A stretch of 14,811 nucleotides of DNA from Selaginella moellendorffii (taxonomy: Eukaryota; Plantae; Lycopodiophyta), in NCBI RefSeq assembly GCF_000143415.4, contig NW_003314538.1, forward strand, positions 1 through 14,811, given 5' to 3'. This document shows positions 8,991-14,811 of this stretch, in pieces. A program made the position numbers and the translations under genes. The notes under the pieces were generated by a model. It saw only the letters and a list, made by a program, of their open reading frames with translations. It was not told where the DNA came from and made no database searches. Within the stretch, counting starts at the first letter, position 1. Each line of letters starts with the position of its first letter.

Positions 8991-10130
8991 GAGCAAAACT
9001 AAAGGCCACCTTGAGTGTGTTGAAGGCTTGCTGGGCAGCAGCAAACCAAAAGAAGGGAACATCCTTGCAAGTGAGATGCGTGAGAGGAAGGACAATGTCG
9101 GAGTAGTGATCAATGAATTTGCGGTAAAAATTGGTGAAGCCAAGAAAAACCTGAATGTCTGACATTGATTGTGGAGGCTCCCATTCGAGAATAGTCTTGA
9201 CTTTGGCAGGATCCATCGTGATACCCTCAGGAGTGATAATGTACCCAAGGAACTCCATAGACTCCTGATTGAAGGAACATTTCTCAAGCTTTGCATATAG
9301 GCTATGTTCCCGCTGCTTCACTAGCACCTTACACACATGCTCGTCGTGCTCCTCCTAAGTTTTTGAGTAGATGAGGATGTCGTCGAGGTAGACGATCACC
9401 ATCACATCAAGAAACTCCTGAAAAATGTCGTTTGCCATATGTTGGAAAACTGCTGGAGCATTTGTCAAGCCAAAGGGCATGACCGTGTACTCGAAGTGGC
9501 CATAGCGGGTTCAGAATGCAGTCTTCCATTCATCGCTAGGCCGGATTTGGATCAAGTTGTATGCTCCACAAAGGTGAATCTTGGTGAAGAAGTGCACACC
9601 ACCGAGGCGTTCCAAAGATAATGGTTCCGAATAGTCACCTTGTTCAAACCTCAGTAGTCAATGACTAACCGCAAACTCCCATGCTTCTTCTTGACAAAGA
9701 AGATAGGTGCTCCAGCCAGGGATTGCGAATGCTAAATGTACCCCGATGCAAGGTTCTTGTCCATGTACTCTTTGAGGGCTGTAAACTCCTAAGTTTGGAC
9801 TTCCGGGGAGGTCACTTAGCCCAGTACTATTCAAACCCAAGGACGCTTAACCCCAAATATCCCAAGACCCTTAACCGATTCGAGAAGGGGGTGCACTATT
9901 GTTCATGGGCCCTTTTCCTCTATATTTGAACCCTATAGACTATGTCTCGAATCGTTCCCTTTGGTTGCTTACAAAGGCCTTAGACTCGGACGGGGATAAT
10001 TTGTAGATAGGCCCCCACGAAGGTGATGCTCCTTCCTGTAAATCAATAGGACAGTCATAAGGCCGATGAACAGATAGTACACTAGCTTTTTTCTTGTCAA
10101 ACACATTCCCAAAATCATGATACTTCTCAG
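8990..10130 (-). pseudogene. pol: pol of element B: reverse transcriptase, interrupted by a solo LTR
   Basis: HRPYDCPIDL...GPIYKLSPSESKA, then the insertion, then LKEYMDKNL...[35 protein letters not shown]...[33 protein letters not shown] (9390-9379), KLEKCSF...EFLGY and FLGFTNFYRKFI. Confidence 0.96.
9780..9973. mobile_element. Solo LTR (194 bp) of an unrelated retrotransposon inserted in the RT of element B
   Basis: Termini TGTAA...TTACA (TG...CA, 5-bp inverted repeat) with flanks AGGGC (9775-9779) and AAGGC (9974-9978), a 5-bp TSD with one transition. Removing the insert and one TSD restores 'SESKALKEY'. No resemblance to the LTRs of A or B seen by eye. Confidence 0.88.
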
Positions 10131-10419
10131 AAAGACTGACAAGAGAAACATGCAAAGCAAAAAGAAAAATAGGTTTTTTATGAAGGAGTTCTTTCATTGT
10201 AATTGTGGAGATAGGAGGAGGCGTATGACTGAATGGAATGATGGGACAAGGATACTGTTCAATGTAAGATGGAAAAGAGGGAAAATAAGAGGGTGAAAAA
10301 TTTGTAGAGTTAGGAACAAAACCCCAATTTGAGTTTAGGGAACTTTTCCTGATTTGGACTTGATGAACAATAGGGGAAGACATGGGAGATGCTGATGTGG
10401 GAGAAACGAGCTGTAATTC

Positions 10420-10875
10420 CTTCCAATAGATCTGAGGCTGGTGCAGTTGGAACCAAGGAAGGCCGAGCACCACAGAGGAAGACTTGTTGTTAATGATGTT
10501 GAAGGCGATATCAGTGACGGTGGACCCAATATGTACTCAAACGGGCAATGTTTCCCTAAGTCCAAAAGATGGAGACACAAATTGCTTGCCAATGCCTTCA
10601 ACCCTCATATCCCGTATGGTAGGAGAAAGAGGAACATAATGTCGGGCAGCAAAGTCCGTGTCTATGAAGCAAGAAGTTACACTCAAGTCCAGTAGCACCA
10701 GAGCCTTGAGTCTTGATTGTTCGGTGAAAGAAAGGAGACATAGGATGCGAAAGTTGTGGGAATTGGTGGTGGCTTTGATGAAAGGTGGTGAGGAGTTTGA
10801 TAAAGAAGAAAAGTTATTTTTATTCGGGGAGTTCAAATAGACAGCTCCTACTTTGTTTGGACAAGGTCGTTTCCT
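10420..10875 (-). pseudogene. pol: pol of element B: aspartic protease
   Basis: ALVLLDLSVTSCFID (degenerate LLDSGA.SCFID) and VVLGLPWFQLHQPQIYW. ORFs 10537-10923 and 9940-10473 are in one frame separated by a TGA. Confidence 0.88.
10831..10875 (-). promoter_or_regulatory. Decayed -1 frameshift site of element B (A GGA AAC plus imperfect stem)
   Basis: The gag frame reads TCA GGA AAC GAC CTT GTC CAA ACA AAG TAG, and the -1 frame (AGG AAA CGA) is the protease frame. After a 6-nt spacer, GTCCAAACA/TATTTGAAC pairs at 7 of 9 positions. Confidence 0.6.
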
Positions 10876-11669
10876 GACTGCAATAGAGGTGGACCTTAAG
10901 GCAGAGTGAACTCGAGCAATCAAGGAGGCTTCTTAGGACACACAGCTGCTTAGTGATTAGGATCGGCACAGTAGAGGCAAAGATTCTAAGATACTCGACT
11001 TTGCTTCTCAGTAGGACTTAGCTTCCCTCTGATGAGTCGGGGAGTGCCAGAAATATCCATTAGGACTGGAGTAGTAGGTTCAAGAGTATGCCCCAAAGAC
11101 TCAAGTTGGGATTCCTGAGTCTGGGACGGGAAAATGGTGGTGTGGTGACTTTCCTAACAACGTTCAAAGAAACGATTATCACATCAAATAGCTTTGTTGA
11201 TGGCGTCCGACAGGTCTGTGGGATCCTCCATGGTGAGCAACAAATCCTTGACACTGTTGTTGAGGCCAAAACGAAATTGATCAATCAAGGCCCGCTCATC
11301 CCATTGAGTATCCAAGGCAAGGAGTTGGAACTCTGTAGCATAGATTGAGGCAAGATGAGACCCCTGAAAGAGACATCTCATCTTTGTGGTGGCAGCCCAA
11401 ACCCAATCTATCTCACCAAAACATGCTTCAAGATCCTCTTTGAACAACTGAAGATCCATCAGCTCCAGAACCATGACCCCTTTCATGCTCTTCTCCAGGA
11501 GAGGAGAAAACCATGACAAAGCTGCACCTTTGACCAATGTCCCGATCGTGCCGATTTGAGACTCGAGAGTGGGGTACCACCGATGTTGAAGTGCAAAGAT
11601 CAGCTCCATCTGGTTCAGGAATCTGCGAAGCTCCAAATGCTTGCTTGAGAACATCACCGGGAAACTCAT
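10848..11669 (-). pseudogene. gag: gag of element B (capsid plus CCHC knuckle)
   Basis: FLNQMELIF...GAALSWF...LFQG...YATEF...WDERALIDQFRFGL..SVKDLL...AI*CDNR. The same frame continues through stops to PVLMDIS and NLCLYCADPNH*AAVCP (C-X2-C-X4-H-X4-C, 10979-10938), ending ...SGNDLVQTK*. The N-terminus may be shortened. Confidence 0.92.
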
Positions 11670-11694
11670 CTTGAGCTAAAACAAAAGCAGAAAG

Positions 11695-11711
11695 CACAAT
11701 TTGAATCAAAC
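11695..11711 (-). promoter_or_regulatory. Non-tRNA (self-priming) primer-binding site of element B
   Basis: Directly after the LTR the minus strand reads GTTTGATTCAAATTGTG, with no TGG. It is complementary at 14 of 15 positions to CACAATATGAATCAA (11815-11801) inside the LTR, ~30 nt downstream of the TATA box. Confidence 0.82.
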
Positions 11712-11837
11712 TGTCAAGACCCCCAATAAGATCAGGACTGGAAAATGCAAAAGACAAAGAGAAAAGCTAGTGGAGATGAAGAAAAGGCCTTAGACTAGTG
11801 TTGATTCATATTGTGAAGAAATGGAACAAGGCTAACC

Positions 11838-11845
11838 TATATATA
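11838..11845 (-). promoter_or_regulatory. Putative TATA box in LTR of element B
   Basis: TATATATA(GG) on the minus strand, ~30 nt upstream of the segment that pairs with the PBS. Confidence 0.7.
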
Positions 11846-11925
11846 CTATAGGTTGATGAAGCTTCAACACTTTTGGATCGAGGACAGTCTAAATATAACT
11901 GAGGTCGAGGAGGTGCCACATCATC

Positions 11926-12082
11926 ATCAGCAATGTGGTCCGAGAATCAGGAATCATACAGGAAATCAAAGAGTCAGGAATAGGGAAGTGTCTTAAGAGT
12001 CAGGAATGTGGTCGTGTCTTGAGAGTCAGGAATGTGGTCTGTGGGTCAGGAATTTGGCGAGAGTCAAGAATGTGGCAAGAAT
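11926..12082. repeat. Degenerate GAGTCAGGAAT(GTGG) motif array in U3 of element B LTR
   Basis: Roughly 7-9 variably spaced copies of a (GAG)TCAGGAAT(GTGGTC)-like motif, read directly. Confidence 0.85.
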
Positions 12083-12097
12083 TGGGGGTTCCTAACA

Positions 12098-13620
12098 AAT
12101 TCCTTAACAAGGGCTCCAATACTTGCCCAACCAAACTGGGACAAAGACTTCAATACACATTGACACCTTTGATTATGCCATCAGAGCAATACTTTCTCAA
12201 CAACAATAAGACCTCAAAGACCGACCAATTTATTATGCGAGCTGAAGACTCAACTCAGCTGAGATGAACTACACCACCACTAAAAAAGAAGTTTTAGCAA
12301 TGGTCTATGCACTATAAAAGTTTTGACACTACCTACTCGGCACCAAAGTCAAGATCATTGTTAACTACAAAGCACTTTTACATCTCCTCAACAAGACCAT
12401 CTTCACCAGTAGAATTGCCTAATGGTTCTTATTACTTCAAGAATACAACTTCAAGATTATTCACAAACCTGGCAAACAACATGTATAAACCAACCACCTT
12501 AGCTACATTACAACTAGTGAACAACTAAAATATAATATGGACGACTTTCCTAACTCCAACATACTTTGCATCCACACATCATCAACATGGACGAATGACA
12601 TCTACTACTACCTAATAACAACAATAATTCCAAATCAATACTCCATCTCTAATCACCGTAAACAATTTGCCTTGAGGTATTCAGTCATGGGAGGAAGATT
12701 GTACAAAAAAGGACGAGACAATGTGCTACGAAGATGTGTACAACTTGAAGAACTCAAGATCTACTTGGAGAAGCCCACTATGGACAAGCAAGAGGCCACT
12801 TCACAAAAGAAATCACAGCTCACAAGATTTTGCAAGTAGGACTCTGGTGGCTAACACTTTGGCATAATTTAGTAAAATTTTGTCAAGAATGCAACATTTG
12901 TCAACAAACCAAGTACACATCAAAGAAACAAATTTAAGAGCTTCATCTAACAACACCACTGGAACCATTTTAACGATAAGGACTCGACTTCTTTGGACTA
13001 CTCATAACAAGCTTCAAGAGAAACAAGCATAAGGTTTTAACACCATACTACCCTCAAGGCAACGGTTAAACAGAGTTGACAAACAAGACACTTAAGAACA
13101 TCCTCAAGAAAATCATAAAAACAAATTAGAAAGATTGGGACAATCATATTTACAATACCTTATGGGTATATTGAACAACATACAAGGTTTCAACAAATTC
13201 GACATTATTCAAGCTTGTTTATGACTTAGAAGCCCTAACACCACTCAAGTACATCGTCCTTCATTGTGAATGGCAATACACTACGAGATCAACCAAGAAG
13301 AATCAATTAAAAAAAAACTAGTCGATAAAGAAAAACTATAAGCAATTTAGACACTCGAAGCCATTTAAGCTTGAAGAAAATCCAACCATGACTAAAAGAG
13401 AAAATTAAAGAAAAATAAAGAATTCAAGATCAATGATCAAGTACTTTGGTTTCTAAAAAACATTGAGAAAATCGGCTCGAAAGTGAAGTCAAGATGAGAA
13501 GGACCATTCCTCATTAAAAAATTCAAAGCTCCAGGAATGGGAACAATTGCAACATTCGATGGCAAACATCTCCAAACCATCAACCTTAACAAGCTTAAGA
13601 AATACCAATCATACGACTCA
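12098..13620 (+). mobile_element. pol: Element C: heavily decayed non-chromovirus Ty3/Gypsy remnant (RNase H plus integrase; Athila-like)
   Basis: Manual translation across stops and frameshifts gives LTRAPILAQPNWDKDF, IDTFDYAIRAILSQ, PIYYAS*RLNSAEMNYTTTKKEVLAMVYAL*KF*HYLLG, WFLLLQEYNFKIIHKPG, DDFP...WTNDIYYYL, LYKKGRDNVLRRCV, AH...GHF...TAHKILQVGLWW...CNICQ, TPYYPQGNG*TELTNKTLKNIL, DWD...LWVY*TTYK, EGPF and INLNKLKKY. Confidence 0.9.
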
Positions 13621-14070
13621 AACATCATCAACAACAATCTTAAAAGAAATGAAGGTTTCAATTTTAAAGATCAAGAATGAAATATCAAGAAGAACTACAG
13701 GCATGAAGATCAAAAGATCAAGACTATGAAAACTCAAACTCAAAATTTCAACACATTTAAGATTTACAAAGTTCAAGCTCAAGAACTCAACACAATAAAA
13801 AAACACAAAGCTCAAATTCAAAAATCCAACACAAGAAAAACTCTGAAAAATCAAGCTCAAGAAAACAACATGAAGAAAAATAATAATTTGAAGAACTTTG
13901 ACCCAAAACAAGATTTAGATACTAACAAATGTCATAAGACTCATTAACAAACATGCCAAAGACCAACATAAAGCAAGCTTCTCCAACACTACCACACCAA
14001 CAAAGAAAAAACTCAAGAAAGTTACCACAAGGACTCAAACTTGACACTCCATTGCAAAGAGCAAAATCCT
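13620..14070 (+). repeat. A-rich low-complexity tract with recurring CTCAA(G/A)AA motifs, probably the 3' region of element C
   Basis: The strong A/C skew continues from element C, with repeated AAGCTCAAGAA, AAAGCTCAAA and ACTCAAGAA words. No PPT or LTR identified. Confidence 0.5.
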
Positions 14071-14811
14071 AACTCTAGAGATATGTCCTAGAGGACAGTA
14101 TGTGCGGAAACACAATGCATCAATGACCAGCTCGCTAAAAAAAGTGCAAAGCTTCGTAGTTGACGATCATGACTCATGAAGAAGTGGCAGTTGCCACCAT
14201 GTAAGAGTAATTAAAGGGGAGAGTTAGCACTTCTCTATTGTATTCCAACTTATGACCAATGCACATTCATTTTCTCACGACTTGGAGTATTCTAGTAATA
14301 TCAAGCCTATCCTTACTCACAACCATTTGCATGAGCCTTCTTGAGCATTGAAGATCTCAAGTTAGTTTTTAATTGATTCCTGTGTTTGGTAGCTTGTTCT
14401 AGGGCGAGAATTACTGTACCAACACAAGATCAATGACATCAAAAGCCCTTTGTCATTTTGCAACTACAACAGCAGACTAGCGCAATTAGTCGCAATCGCA
14501 ATCCAAACTACACCAAAGAACTTCATCAAGTTTTCACCTAAGAATTATAGATCCAAGCAATATCACAAAGGCTATATGATATAACTAGACTTACAGCTGA
14601 GATATGACTCTTACCCTTGAGGATTGCTTTCTTTGGTTTTTGAACACTCTTCCTTTAAAGTATTCTATTGTGGTTACTAATCTTATGATGAATGATCATT
14701 ATAATTTTAAGATTGCTCTTACTGCAATTTGTGATTAGAATTGTTGTTCAATATGCTTCCCCCGACACTTTACTCTCAGTCACCACTTAATGAAAGGGTA
14801 TTTTCATCTTC

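Larger units (their letters stand above)
7051..12097 (-). mobile_element. Element B: decayed chromovirus (Ty3/Gypsy, Tf1/sushi/Tcn1-like), 3' LTR missing
   Basis: The minus strand reads LTR, gag, PR, RT, RH, INT, GPF motif and chromodomain, with many premature stops and small deletions. No copy of the 5' LTR follows the chromodomain. Confidence 0.95.
11712..12097 (-). repeat. 5' LTR of element B (386 bp)
   Basis: The minus strand begins TGTTAGGAACCCCCAAT and ends ATTGGGGGTCTTGACA, an imperfect ~16-bp terminal inverted repeat with TG...CA. It has an internal TATA box, and an unrelated pol frame starts immediately outside at 12098. Confidence 0.85.

Noticed and set aside
11926-12082. Repeat array as a CRISPR array
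   Set aside because: The repeats are short and degenerate, the spacing is irregular and too short, there are no cas genes, and the array lies inside an LTR.
12098-12109. Alternative LTR B start at 12109 (TGTTAAGG)
   Set aside because: 12097 gives the much longer inverted match to the other LTR end, and 12098 onward translates as element C pol (NSLTRAPIL).
13618-13947. ORFs 13618-13911 (-) and 13726-13947 (+)
   Set aside because: They are explained by A-rich low-complexity composition (Phe/Leu-rich on one strand, Lys/Asn-rich on the other).
1-14811. Prokaryotic RT systems (retron, DGR, group II intron) or an endogenous caulimovirus
   Set aside because: The RTs sit in gag-PR-RT-RH-INT polyproteins with LTRs and DDE integrases, which is diagnostic of Ty3/Gypsy elements.

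Overview
This is eukaryotic, plant-like repeat DNA, not a prokaryotic locus. About 75% of the window is three decayed Ty3/Gypsy (Metaviridae) LTR retrotransposons plus one nested solo LTR. Element A (+, ~1615-5970) has a 175-bp 5' LTR, a tRNA-Ala-type PBS, gag, a G GGA AAC -1 frameshift site with an apparently intact H-type pseudoknot, and PR-RT-RH-INT cut off after the integrase core. Element B (-, ~7051-12097) is a chromovirus with a 386-bp 5' LTR, a Tf1-style self-priming site instead of a tRNA PBS, gag, a decayed -1 frameshift site, and PR-RT-RH-INT-chromodomain. Its RT is interrupted by a 194-bp solo LTR with a 5-bp TSD, and its 3' LTR is missing. Element C (+, 12098-~13620) is a more heavily decayed Athila-like RNase H-integrase remnant that B appears to have inserted into. 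The flanks (1-1400, 5970-7050, 14060-end) have no protein I can recognise; 1-1400 carries splice-like signals including two 49-nt GT-AG candidates. No intact protein-coding gene is supported, and most ORFs in the supplied track are pseudogene fragments or shadow frames. I cannot support a new multi-gene system. The most interesting signals are RNA-level cis elements (frameshift pseudoknot, self-priming duplex) and the unusual feature set of element A. All alignments and pairings were done by eye, and lineage names are inferences.
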